Of a stretch of DNA of 64,000 bases, positions 42,361 to 51,415 are shown in pieces. A program made the position numbers and the translations under genes. Every line of letters starts with the position of its first letter. Position 1 is the stretch's first letter. The notes below the pieces were generated by a model. It was not told where the DNA came from, made no database searches, and was given only the letters and a program-made list of their open reading frames with translations. The DNA comes from an uncultured Chloroflexia bacterium (GTDB taxonomy: Bacteria > Chloroflexota > Limnocylindria > Limnocylindrales > CSP1-4), in the NCBI GenBank assembly GCA_963763775.1, contig CAVXPZ010000003.1, positions 378,131-442,130 of the forward strand. The letters run 5' to 3'.

Positions 42361-43747
42361 ATGGACGCGAAGCAGGTCTGGCGCGCGGCTCTCGGTGAGC
42401 TGCAGGTCTCGCTTTCCCCGGCGAACTACGAGACATGGCTGCGCGACACGCAGCTCGTCGACGTGGAGGACAACCGGTTCCGGATCTCGGTCCCGAACGG
42501 CTTCGCCAAGGACTGGCTCGAGACCCGCTACCGATCGTTGATCAGCCAGACCCTCGCGCGGATCGTCGGCTATAGCGTCCAGGTCGAGTTCGTGATCGGG
42601 ACGTCGTCGGCCGAGTCGGCGGCGCCGGACGGCGCCGAGCCCATCGGCCAGGCGGACGCCGTCGCCGGCTGCGGCGAAGCACGTCCGCGTGGAGCCCACC
42701 CGCGTCGGCGGCGAGGGCGGCACCACCAACATCAATCCGCGCTACACGTTCTCGAACTTCATCGTCGGCTCGGCGAACCGCCTGGCCCATGCGGCGAGCC
42801 TGTCCGTGGCGGAACGGCCGGGGCACGCCTACAACCCGCTGTTCCTCTACGGCGGGGTCGGACTCGGCAAGACCCACCTGATGCACGCCATCGGGAACCA
42901 GGTCATCGCCAAGTTCCCGCGCAAGCGCGTCGTCTACGCCACCAGCGAGAAGTTCACCAACGAGTTCATCACCTCGATCCAGCAGGGCAAGATCGACGAG
43001 TTCCGCGCCCGATACCGCCGGATCGACCTGCTCCTCATCGACGACATCCAGTTCATCGCGGACAAGGAGCGGACGCAGGAAGAGTTCTTCCATACGTTCA
43101 ATGCCATCCACGAGGACGGCAAGCAGATCGTCATGTCGTCCGACCGGCCGCCGAAGGCCATCCTCACCCTGGAGGAGCGCCTCCGCAGCCGGTTCGAGTG
43201 GGGCCTGATCGCCGACCTGACGGCGCCGGACCTGGAGACGCGCATCGCGATCCTGCGGGCCAAGGCGGAAGAGGGCTCGCTGCCGATCACGTCGGACGTC
43301 ATCGAGTTCATCGCGCGCAAGGTCGTGAGCAACATCCGCGAGCTCGAGGGGGCGCTGAACCGGATCGTCGCCTACGCGAGCATGGGCGCCACGCCGATCA
43401 GCATCGAGCTCGCCCAGGCGGTCCTCTCGAACGTCCTCTACAACCCCAAGAAGCGGATGGTGACGCCCGAGCGCATCGCCAAGGCCGTGTCGGACTACTA
43501 CAGCGTCCCGATGGACGTCCTCCAGGGGCAGAAGCGCGACAAGTCGATCGTCATGCCGCGCCAGATCGCGATGTTCCTGATGCGCGAGGAGACCGACGTC
43601 TCGCTCCTGCGGATCGGCGCAGAGCTCGGCGGACGGGACCACTCCACGGTCCTGCACGCCTGCGACAAGATCACCCGCGAGTCCGCGGTCAACGATGAGT
43701 TGCGGCGCGAGATCGCCGCCGTCCGCGAGCTCATCTACGCCGACTAG
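42361..43747 (+). pseudogene. dnaA: Chromosomal replication initiator DnaA, readable only with one frame change in the domain II linker
   Basis: ATG 42361 opens domain I (QVWRAALGELQVSLSPANYETWLRDTQLV, FRISVPNGFAKDWLETRY). ORF 42689..43747 in the next frame holds domains III-IV ([65 protein letters not shown]). G/C third-position bias switches frame near 42660..42680. Confidence 0.9.
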
Positions 43748-43789
43748 CACGCCCGCCGGACCCCTCCGGCGAACGCCATCCGCCACGCC

Positions 43790-44100
43790 AGACCCGTCTC
43801 GACGGCCATTTCGTGTGGATAACCGCGCCAAATCGGTGGAAAACCATGCCCGGGTGTGGACATCCACACCGACCCGTGTCGACCACCGGGCGCCTCTGAC
43901 GGCAGGTCGTGGATGGTCCCGCGAGTCCTCCACCATCCATCCCTGGTCGCATCCCCGACCGACGGAGCCTCGTCCCCACACCGGGCGTCGCCATCCACAG
44001 TCCCGCCGAACGGCGCCGAGCACGGATGTCCACGCGCTCCACACCATGATGACGGTGATGACGGAGTGAGAAGATAGAGAGAAGATACCCACCACCCATG
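43790..44100. other. oriC: Probable oriC: DnaA-box cluster plus a lower-GC purine-rich stretch
   Basis: TGTGGATAA at 43814..43822 is a perfect box. Near-boxes are GGTGGAAAA 43835..43843, TGTGGACAT 43855..43863 overlapping ACATCCACA 43860..43868, CCATCCACA 43991..43999 and ATGTCCACG 44026..44034. A purine-rich stretch (atgatgacggtgatgacggagtgagaagatagagagaagata) lies at 44046..44087. All are in the 472-bp dnaA-dnaN spacer. Confidence 0.7.
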
Positions 44101-44219
44101 CGGACGGCCCGGAACGCCGAGCACCATCCAGGACGCGATCCCGCCGACCGCCTGCCCAGCCCCATCGGCGTCGCGGTCGCACCGTCCGCCGTCACGACGA
44201 TGCTTGGAGTGAACCCGAC

Positions 44220-45338
44220 GTGAGACTCTCGGTGATGCAAGAGAACCTGGCGCGTGGCCTGTCCGTCGTCAGCCGCGCCGTCTCGAGCCGAAGCACCCTC
44301 CCGGTCCTGGCCAACGTCCTGCTCAAGACCGAGGACGCCGGACTCAAGCTGACCGCGACGAACCTCGAGATCGGCATCACGTACTGGGTCCCCGGCAAGA
44401 TCGAGACCGACGGGGCGACGACCGTGCCGGCCAAGCTCCTCACGGACCTCGTCAACTCCCTCCCGGCGGGCGACAAGATCGACCTGGAGCTCACCTCGGG
44501 CGAGTCGCTCCACCTTCGCAGCGGTCGCTTCGAGACGCACATCAAGGGCATCGACGCGGACGAGTTCCCGGCGATCCAGACCGCCGGCGACCGGCCGACG
44601 ACGCGGGTCGCCCAGAACATCCTGCGACAGGCGCTGACCGAGACCGCGTTCGCGGCCGCCAGTGACGAGGCGCGACCGATCCTGACCGGTGTCCTGGCGA
44701 AGTTCGAGGGCGACCAGCTGACGCTGGCGGCCGCGGACAACTACCGGATCGCGGTGAAGACCATCCCGATCCTCGACGCGGTCCCCGAGACGAGCGTCGT
44801 CATCCCGGCTCGCGCGCTCAACGAGCTCGCCCGGGTCCTCGCGGACGTCGACGACCCCGTGGACATCGTCCTGGCGGCCGGCCGCAACCAGGTCCTGTTC
44901 CACCTCGACGGCATCGACCTCGTGAGCCGGCTCATCGACGGCCAGTTCCCGAACTACCAGCAGGTGGTTCCCAAGGAGCACACGACCCGCGCGGTCCTCG
45001 ATCGCGAGGAGCTCCTCAAGGCCGTCCGCCCGGCGGCGCTCATCGCCCACGAGTCGGCAAACATCGTCAAGCTCCAGATCGGTGCCGAGGGCGAGCCCGG
45101 CATCACGGTCAGCGCCAACGCCGAGGTCGGCGACCACGTCGGCCAGGTCGAGGCGACCGTGGAGGGCGACGGCACGACGATCGCGTTCAACGCCCGCTAC
45201 CTCGCGGACGTCCTCACGAACGTGGATGCCGAGCAGTTCGCGCTCGAGCTCAACGGGCCGCTCTCGCCGGGCGTCTTCAAGCCGATCGGCGACGACCGCT
45301 ACGTCCACGTCGTCATGCCCGTCCGCACGACCTCCTAA
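44220..45338 (+). CDS. dnaN: DNA polymerase III beta sliding clamp
   Basis: 372 aa with three-domain clamp pattern: STLPVLANVLL, TATNLEIGI, RPILTGVL, LTLAAADNYRIA, GQFPNYQQVVP and YLADVL. ATG 44235 is an alternative start. Confidence 0.95.
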   Translation: MRLSVMQENLARGLSVVSRAVSSRSTLPVLANVLLKTEDAGLKLTATNLEIGITYWVPGKIETDGATTVPAKLLTDLVNSLPAGDKIDLELTSGESLHLRSGRFETHIKGIDADEFPAIQTAGDRPTTRVAQNILRQALTETAFAAASDEARPILTGVLAKFEGDQLTLAAADNYRIAVKTIPILDAVPETSVVIPARALNELARVLADVDDPVDIVLAAGRNQVLFHLDGIDLVSRLIDGQFPNYQQVVPKEHTTRAVLDREELLKAVRPAALIAHESANIVKLQIGAEGEPGITVSANAEVGDHVGQVEATVEGDGTTIAFNARYLADVLTNVDAEQFALELNGPLSPGVFKPIGDDRYVHVVMPVRTTS

Positions 45339-45383
45339 AGCGACGACCGGAGGCCGGACCGGCCTCGACCGGACCGGGACACC

Positions 45384-46544
45384 CTGCTCGATTCCATCCG
45401 CCTGCTCGACCTCCGGGGGTACCCCGCCCTCGAGGTGACCTTCGGCCCGGGCCCGCACCTGGTCTGGGGCCCGAACGCGGCGGGCAAGACCAGCCTGCTC
45501 GAGGCGATCGTCCTGCTGGCGTGGGGCCGGTCGCACCGGACGTCGTCGGACGGCGAGCTCATCCGCTGGGGGACCGACCTCGCCCGCGTCGAGGGCCACG
45601 TCGGGATCGATGTCGTCGAGGTGGCCGTGGCGCGGTCGGGCGCCGGAGGCACCAGCGGGCGCAAGCGGATCCGCGTGAACGGCGTCGGCCGGCGAGCCGG
45701 CGGCCTCGAGGGCCCGCTTCGCGTCGTCGTCTTCGCGCCGGAGGAGATGCTCCTCGTGATCGGTTCGCCAGGTCTGCGCCGAGCCAGCCTCGACCAGCTC
45801 GTGGCGGCCACGACCCCGGGCTACGGCAGCACGCTCGCGACGTACGGGCGCGCGCTCCAGCAGCGCAACGGGCTGCTCCGCGCGATCCGGGAGGAGGGAG
45901 CCGGCCGAGACGAGCTGCGCTTCTGGGACGCCGCGTTCCTGGACGCCGGGGGGCGGATCGTCGCCGACCGGCTCGCGCTCATCGGCCGGCTCGCGGCGCC
46001 TTTGGCGCGGGCCCACGCGGAGATCGCCCCCGACGAGGCCGCCGCCGCAGCCCTGACCGTCCGCTACGCGACGAACGCCCCGGCGAACCCTGGAGAGACC
46101 CCCCGGGACGCGCTCGCCCGGCGTCTCGTCGAGACGGCCGACAAGGAGGTCTGGAACGGGGCGACCCTCGTCGGCCCGCATCGCGACGACCTCGTCTTCG
46201 AACTCGCGGGCCGGGACCTCGCGAGTTTCGCGTCTCGCGGCCAGCAGCGGACCGCGATCCTGTCCTTCAAGCTCGCCGAGCTCGACCTGCTCACGGAGCA
46301 GGACGGCCGTCCGCCACTCCTGCTGCTCGACGACGTGTTCTCGGAGCTCGACCCGGACCGACGTGCGCACCTCGTGCGGCGGATCGCCGAGCTGCCGCAG
46401 GCGTTCGTCACGACGACGACCCTCGACGACCTCGACCCGGCCCTGCGGGCGATCGGGACCTCGTGGGAGGTCCGGGCCGACGCCGACGGCGCTCGGCTGA
46501 TGCCCCCTGCGGGTACGCCCAGCGAGGCGGTCCCGGGGTCGTGA
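45384..46544 (+). CDS. recF: DNA replication and repair protein RecF (start codon non-canonical or lost)
   Basis: GPNAAGKTSLLEAI (Walker A), FAPEEMLLVIGSPGLRR, SRGQQRTAILSFKLAE and LLLLDDVFSELD. Family-like text (LLDSIRLLDLRGYPALEVTF) extends upstream of the first GTG (45435) to the dnaN stop with no ATG, GTG or TTG. CTG 45384 is the only plausible initiator. Confidence 0.85.
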   Translation: MLDSIRLLDLRGYPALEVTFGPGPHLVWGPNAAGKTSLLEAIVLLAWGRSHRTSSDGELIRWGTDLARVEGHVGIDVVEVAVARSGAGGTSGRKRIRVNGVGRRAGGLEGPLRVVVFAPEEMLLVIGSPGLRRASLDQLVAATTPGYGSTLATYGRALQQRNGLLRAIREEGAGRDELRFWDAAFLDAGGRIVADRLALIGRLAAPLARAHAEIAPDEAAAAALTVRYATNAPANPGETPRDALARRLVETADKEVWNGATLVGPHRDDLVFELAGRDLASFASRGQQRTAILSFKLAELDLLTEQDGRPPLLLLDDVFSELDPDRRAHLVRRIAELPQAFVTTTTLDDLDPALRAIGTSWEVRADADGARLMPPAGTPSEAVPGS

Positions 46545-46870
46545 GCCCGAGGAAGCGGCCGATGGTCCGCCTCGGCGACCTCATCCCCGACGCGGCCCGT
46601 GCGCTCGGCCTCGAAGAGGAGCTGCGCCTGTCGAAGGCCATGGCGACCTTCGAGTCCATCGTCGCCGAGCGGGTCCCGGCCGCCGCCGGCGCGTGCCGCG
46701 TGATCCGGATCGAGGGTTTCGCGGTGGACGTGGAGGCTGACGCCCCGATCGTCGGCCAGGAGCTGCGGCTGCGGTCGTCCGAGCTCCTGGCGGCCTTCGC
46801 CGCCTCACCCGGCGGTCTCGGGGTGCGGGAATTGCGCGTGCACGTCCGCCGAGGGGGTGCCCGCGTATAA
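46541..46870 (+). CDS. dciA: DUF721 (DciA-type) protein
   Basis: 109 aa, with a GTGA overlap with recF, in the conserved post-recF position. Reads LGDLIPDAARALGLEEELRLSKAMATFESIV ... LRLRSSELLAAF. Confidence 0.7.
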   Translation: MSPRKRPMVRLGDLIPDAARALGLEEELRLSKAMATFESIVAERVPAAAGACRVIRIEGFAVDVEADAPIVGQELRLRSSELLAAFAASPGGLGVRELRVHVRRGGARV

Positions 46871-46989
46871 TCCGCGGAACCTGCCTGCCACTCGGGGCGA
46901 ACGTCCCCGACCGAACCGGGATCGTCCGCCGCACGAAGCCCCCAGCCCGACCGGAGGGATGGGGGACCCGCCGACCACGAGAGGCCCGC

Positions 46990-49266
46990 ATGGCCGTCAG
47001 ACTCCAGATGAAACTCGGCGTCGTCGCCGAACACGACCGCCTCCCCGACTCGCCGGACACGCTCGTCGTGGTCGAGCCGAGCGTCGGCTCGGTCGCCCGT
47101 TCCAAGGGCCTGCTCTACCTGCTCGTCACCTCGCGGATCAGCTCGCGCCACGCGCTGGAAGCGACCCGCCTCGCCGCGGAGACGATCCGCAACGAGTACT
47201 ACTACGACGAGTCGGCGGGCATCCGCGTCTGCCTCCAGAAGGCCATCGCGACCGCCAACAAGCGGCTCGCCCACCAGGCGGACCGCCTCGGCCTCAAGTC
47301 GACCGACGAGAACGGGCCGATCGGCGTGGCCGTTGCCGTCGTCCGCGGCAACGAGATGTACGTGGCGACGGTCGGGCCGGCCGAGGCCTACCTGATCCGC
47401 CAGGCGCGCCTGTCGACGCTTCCCGATCCGGACCGCGACCGCGGACTGCCGTCCGGCGAGCTCGAGCCCGAGGTCTGGCGCGGCGAGGTGTCCGTCGGCG
47501 ACTCGCTGGTGCTCATCTCCCCGAACGTGATGGTCAAGCTCGGCCCGGACGAGCTCAAGGACGCGATGCTCACGCTCCATCCGCAGTCGGCGATGGAGCA
47601 CCTCCACCATCGATTCGTCGCCGATGGCGGCGCCGGCAGCGACGGGGCCATCGCGTTCGAGGCCGGCGAGGTCTCCGCGACCGCCCGCGGTCGGGCGCCC
47701 GTGCCCGTCAAACCGCCCGAGCCGCTGGCCGGGGCACCCGACCGGTCGCCGATCCCGCTCGCGGACAACGTCCAGGCGGCCGGCGTGGCCGTGAGCGCCG
47801 CGGCTGGCAGCGCCAAGGTCAAGGCCGGCGGGGCCGCGGGCCGGGTCGTCGGGCGCCTCCAGGAGCTGCTGCCGCGACGGAAGCCCGCGTACCGACGGGT
47901 GACCCCGCTCTCGTCGCGGCGCGAGACCCAGCGGCGTGCCGCGCTCGCGATCCTGGCCCTGGTCCTCGTGGTCGGCGGGCTGGGACTCGCGGTCTACGCG
48001 TTCGGGGGGCAGAGCAAGCAGGGCGCCATCAGCTCGGTCACGGCCGGGCAGCAGGCGCTGGACACGGCCAAGGCGGACCTCGCGGCGGTCAAGGGTCCCG
48101 GCGTCGACCTCGTCGTCGACGACAAGAAGAAGGCCAAGGAGCTCCTGACCGACGCCTACCAGCAGATCCAGGCCGCGAAAGCGGCGAAGGTCAGCGCCGC
48201 GGTCACCGGCCCGCTGGAGAAGCAGGCGATCGACGGCCTGGACCGCCTCAGCGGCGTCGTCCCGGTCGCGAGCACGACGCTCTTCACGTTCGCGCCGGCC
48301 GACGGCGGGGGCCCCATCGACCTGTCGGGGATGGTCAAGGGCCCGGACGGCGCTCCGTACGTCATCGACGACTCGACCAAGACGGTGTACCGGATCGACC
48401 CCAAGTCCCGGAAGGCGACCGTCGTCGCGCGCACCGGGCAGAAGACGGCGGGCACGACGTTCGCCACGCCGCGGTTCCTCGCCGTGGGCGGCCTGGACCT
48501 GTTGATCCTGGACTCGAAGAACGTCCTGTGGCGCTGGCGTCCGTCGAACGCGACGGGCAAGGGCACGCTCACGAAGGTCAAGGTGATCGGCTCGGCGTCG
48601 TGGGGCGACGACGTGTCCGGGATCGGCACGTACCTCAAGGACGAGACTCGCGGCCTGTACAACCTGTACGTGATCGATCCGTCCGAGCAGCAGATCCGGG
48701 CCTACTCGCCGGCGTTCGACGGCAGCGGCTTCCCGCAGGCCTCGACCGGCTGGCTCGCGACCGCGCGGCCCGTCGACGGGATGACCTCGCTCTATATCGA
48801 TGGCGACCTGTTCGTGACCGAGAACGGGACGCTCGAGCGGTTCGCTTCGGGCAAGAACGACGGATGGAAGGCCGACGCGCCGGACGACGCGCTCCTGCGC
48901 CCGAACCCGACCTTCTCGCTCGTGGCCGGCGGCACGGACCGGCGAACTGGCGTGGTCTACATCTACGACAAGGAGAACGCGCGGATCGTCGCCATCGACA
49001 AGGCCAACGGCGACTTCAAGGGCCAGTACCGGCTGGCCGGCGACCAGCCCGGCTGGGACGACCTGCGCGGGATGGCCGTCGTCCCGGGCATCGACACGGC
49101 GGCCGACACCCTGTTGTGGATCTCGAAGGACGGCGTCCACCAGGCCGTGCTCGAGGCCGTCGCCGACGGGTCGTCGCCGAGCGCGTCGCCGGTCCCGTCC
49201 GCCTCGGCATCGCCGTCAGCGTCCACGAAACCCACCAAGTCCCCGAAGCCGACGAAGAAGCCGTAG
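46990..49266 (+). CDS. Membrane protein: N-terminal PP2C-fold domain lacking catalytic Asp residues, one TM, C-terminal repeat (propeller-like) ectodomain
   Basis: 758-aa intact ORF. The PP2C-like scaffold is recognisable (GVAVAVVRGNEMYVATVGPAEAYLIRQARL, GDSLVLISPNVM, GSDGAIAFE) but DGMGG, GDSR and SDGL are replaced. TM at residues ~317..338 (nt 47938..48003). Ectodomain repeats include YVIDDSTKTVYRID, LLILDSKNVLWRW, LYVIDPSEQQIRAY and VYIYDKENARIVAID. Ser/Pro/Lys-rich tail. Confidence 0.6.
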   Translation: MAVRLQMKLGVVAEHDRLPDSPDTLVVVEPSVGSVARSKGLLYLLVTSRISSRHALEATRLAAETIRNEYYYDESAGIRVCLQKAIATANKRLAHQADRLGLKSTDENGPIGVAVAVVRGNEMYVATVGPAEAYLIRQARLSTLPDPDRDRGLPSGELEPEVWRGEVSVGDSLVLISPNVMVKLGPDELKDAMLTLHPQSAMEHLHHRFVADGGAGSDGAIAFEAGEVSATARGRAPVPVKPPEPLAGAPDRSPIPLADNVQAAGVAVSAAAGSAKVKAGGAAGRVVGRLQELLPRRKPAYRRVTPLSSRRETQRRAALAILALVLVVGGLGLAVYAFGGQSKQGAISSVTAGQQALDTAKADLAAVKGPGVDLVVDDKKKAKELLTDAYQQIQAAKAAKVSAAVTGPLEKQAIDGLDRLSGVVPVASTTLFTFAPADGGGPIDLSGMVKGPDGAPYVIDDSTKTVYRIDPKSRKATVVARTGQKTAGTTFATPRFLAVGGLDLLILDSKNVLWRWRPSNATGKGTLTKVKVIGSASWGDDVSGIGTYLKDETRGLYNLYVIDPSEQQIRAYSPAFDGSGFPQASTGWLATARPVDGMTSLYIDGDLFVTENGTLERFASGKNDGWKADAPDDALLRPNPTFSLVAGGTDRRTGVVYIYDKENARIVAIDKANGDFKGQYRLAGDQPGWDDLRGMAVVPGIDTAADTLLWISKDGVHQAVLEAVADGSSPSASPVPSASASPSASTKPTKSPKPTKKP

Positions 49267-49279
49267 CGGCCACGACGCG

Positions 49280-50005
49280 GTGATCCCGCTGCGCGACGCC
49301 AACCCGACGCGCCGCACCCCGGTCGTCACGATCGGGATCCTGGTGGCGTGCAGCGTGGCGTGGGCCTGGGAGCTTGGGCTCCTGGCGAGCGGTGGCGATG
49401 ACTCGCTGAACGCGTTCGTCACGACGTGGGGCGTCGTCCCGGCGGAGCTGCTCAAGGCCTGGGGCGCCGGCCAGGTCGTCTCGCAGGAGACCGCGACGCT
49501 CATCACGAGCCAGTTCCTGCACGGCGGCTGGCTGCATCTCCTGGGCAACATGCTCTACCTGTGGATCTTCGCCAACAACGTCGAGGACCGCATGGGCCGC
49601 CCGGGGTTCCTCCTGTTCTACCTGGCGGGCGGCGTCGCGGCCGCGCTCGCCCAGGTCGCGGTGGACCCGTCCTCGACGATCCCCACCATCGGGGCATCCG
49701 GCGCGATCGCGGCCACGCTCGGCGCCTATGCGGTCTTCTACCCGCGGGCGCGCATCACGTCGCTGGTCTTCCTCGGCTTCTTCTACCAGCTCATCGACGT
49801 CCCGGCGATCCTGGTGCTCGGCTTCTGGTTCGTGCTCCAGGTCATCGACGGGCTCACCTCACTCGGGATGGTCGAGAGCAACTCGGGCGGCGTGGCGATC
49901 TTCGCCCACATCGGCGGCTTCCTCGCGGGCGCGCTGGTCGCCCGCCTGCTCGTCGCCCGGGGGCTCGGGACTGGACGGCCGCCCGCCCCGGCCAGCGTGG
50001 GATAA
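49280..50005 (+). CDS. Rhomboid-family intramembrane serine protease
   Basis: HGGWLHLLGNMLYLWIF, GASGAI (catalytic Ser) and AHIGGFLAG (catalytic His). Confidence 0.9.
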   Translation: MIPLRDANPTRRTPVVTIGILVACSVAWAWELGLLASGGDDSLNAFVTTWGVVPAELLKAWGAGQVVSQETATLITSQFLHGGWLHLLGNMLYLWIFANNVEDRMGRPGFLLFYLAGGVAAALAQVAVDPSSTIPTIGASGAIAATLGAYAVFYPRARITSLVFLGFFYQLIDVPAILVLGFWFVLQVIDGLTSLGMVESNSGGVAIFAHIGGFLAGALVARLLVARGLGTGRPPAPASVG

Positions 50006-50012
50006 TCCGGCC

Positions 50013-50579
50013 ATGGCGGGCGACGAGCTGGTCGAGATGGTCGTCGAGAGCGTGCGGGTCCACATGCTGTCGAGCCGGCACGTGGTGATCCTCAAGGAGA
50101 CCGACCGGGACCGCTACCTCCCGATCTGGATCGGACCGTGGGAGGCCAGCGCGATCGCCATGAAGCTGCAGGGCCTGACGCCCGAGCGGCCCCTCACCCA
50201 CGACCTGTTCGCGACCACGCTCCAGGAGCTCGGCGTCCGCGTGGAGCGCGTCGTCATCAGCGACCTGGCCGACGAGACCTTCCACGCCCGTCTCGTCCTC
50301 GAAGGATCGGGCAAGACCGTCGAGATCGACGCGCGGCCGTCCGACGCGCTCGCGCTCGCGGTGCGGACCGGCGTGCGGATCTTCGCGGCGGACTCGGTGC
50401 TCGACCAGGCGGGCCTCGGCGCCGACGGCGGCCTCGACGATGACGACGAGGGGACCGAAGGGGATGCGCTGCTCGAGTCGACCGGTGAGCGCATCGTGGA
50501 CCCGCGCCTGGACGTCTTCCGCGACTTCGTGAACTCGCTCGAGGTCGACCCCGACGCCGAGGGGCGCCGCGGCAGCTGA
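50013..50579 (+). CDS. Bifunctional nuclease (BFN/DUF151) domain protein
   Basis: HVVILKETDRDRYLPIWIGPWEASAIA, ERPLTHDL, FHARLVL and IDARPSDALALAVR, followed by an acidic tail. ATG 50013. Confidence 0.8.
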   Translation: MAGDELVEMVVESVRVHMLSSRHVVILKETDRDRYLPIWIGPWEASAIAMKLQGLTPERPLTHDLFATTLQELGVRVERVVISDLADETFHARLVLEGSGKTVEIDARPSDALALAVRTGVRIFAADSVLDQAGLGADGGLDDDDEGTEGDALLESTGERIVDPRLDVFRDFVNSLEVDPDAEGRRGS

Positions 50580-50608
50580 CTCGGCACGGCCGCTGACCCG
50601 GCGCGGTG

Positions 50609-51415
50609 TCAGCCGAGGATGGAGGCTCCGCGGCGGAGCGCGCGAGCTCGGTTCACCCACATGTGGAGCCGGAGCCGCCAGAAGTCGCGGACGGCCCGCA
50701 GGATCACCTGCGGCTTCGCCCCGGTCGGCGAGCCGGCCGTCCTCGGATAGTGCGGGACGCCCACTTCGGCGATCGTCCGGCCGGCGGCCTGGGACTTGAT
50801 GAGGAGCTCGGCCGAGAAGAACGCGCCGTCGCTCTCGACGTGCAGACCCTCGAGGGCCGAGCGCCGGAACAGCTTGCAGGCGCCGTCGACGTCGGTCACG
50901 CGCAGGCCGAAGAAGACGCGGTTCGCGAGTCGGTAGGCCCGTGCGTAGGCGATGCGGATGGGCGGGTCGGCCCGCTTGATCCGGAAGCCCGCGACGATGT
51001 CGGGCGCGTCCGGCGCCGCGAGCCGCGCCGTCAGGCGGCCGATGTCCACGACCTTGAACTGGCGGTCGCCGTCGGTGAATGCGACGAGCTCGAACCGCGC
51101 CGCCGCGAACCCGGACCGCAGCGCGGCCCCGTAGCCGCGGTTGACCGGGTGGTGGACGACGCGCACGACGTCCGGGTGGCGGGCGGCGAGGGCGTCAGCC
51201 AGGGCCGGCGTCCCGTCCTTCGACCCGTCGTCGACCGCGATGATCTCGAACGTCTCGGCCAGCGACGGCAGCGTGGCCAGCGCCTCCTCCACGAGCCCTT
51301 CGAGGTTCGCCTCCTCGTTGTGGGCCGGGAAGAAGTACGACAGGCGCGGCACGCGCGGCGTCGAACCGGCACCGGCCGGGGTCTCCTCGGTCGCGGGCGT
51401 CGCCACGGTCGTCAT
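50609..51415 (-). CDS. GT2 polyprenyl-phosphate glycosyltransferase (DPM1/GtrB/ArnC-like)
   Basis: FPAHNEEANL, IIAVDDGSKDGT, NRGYGAALRSG and FTDGDRQF, with the DxD-type core and no C-terminal TM bundle. Confidence 0.85.
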   Translation of the reverse strand: MTTVATPATEETPAGAGSTPRVPRLSYFFPAHNEEANLEGLVEEALATLPSLAETFEIIAVDDGSKDGTPALADALAARHPDVVRVVHHPVNRGYGAALRSGFAAARFELVAFTDGDRQFKVVDIGRLTARLAAPDAPDIVAGFRIKRADPPIRIAYARAYRLANRVFFGLRVTDVDGACKLFRRSALEGLHVESDGAFFSAELLIKSQAAGRTIAEVGVPHYPRTAGSPTGAKPQVILRAVRDFWRLRLHMWVNRARALRRGASILG

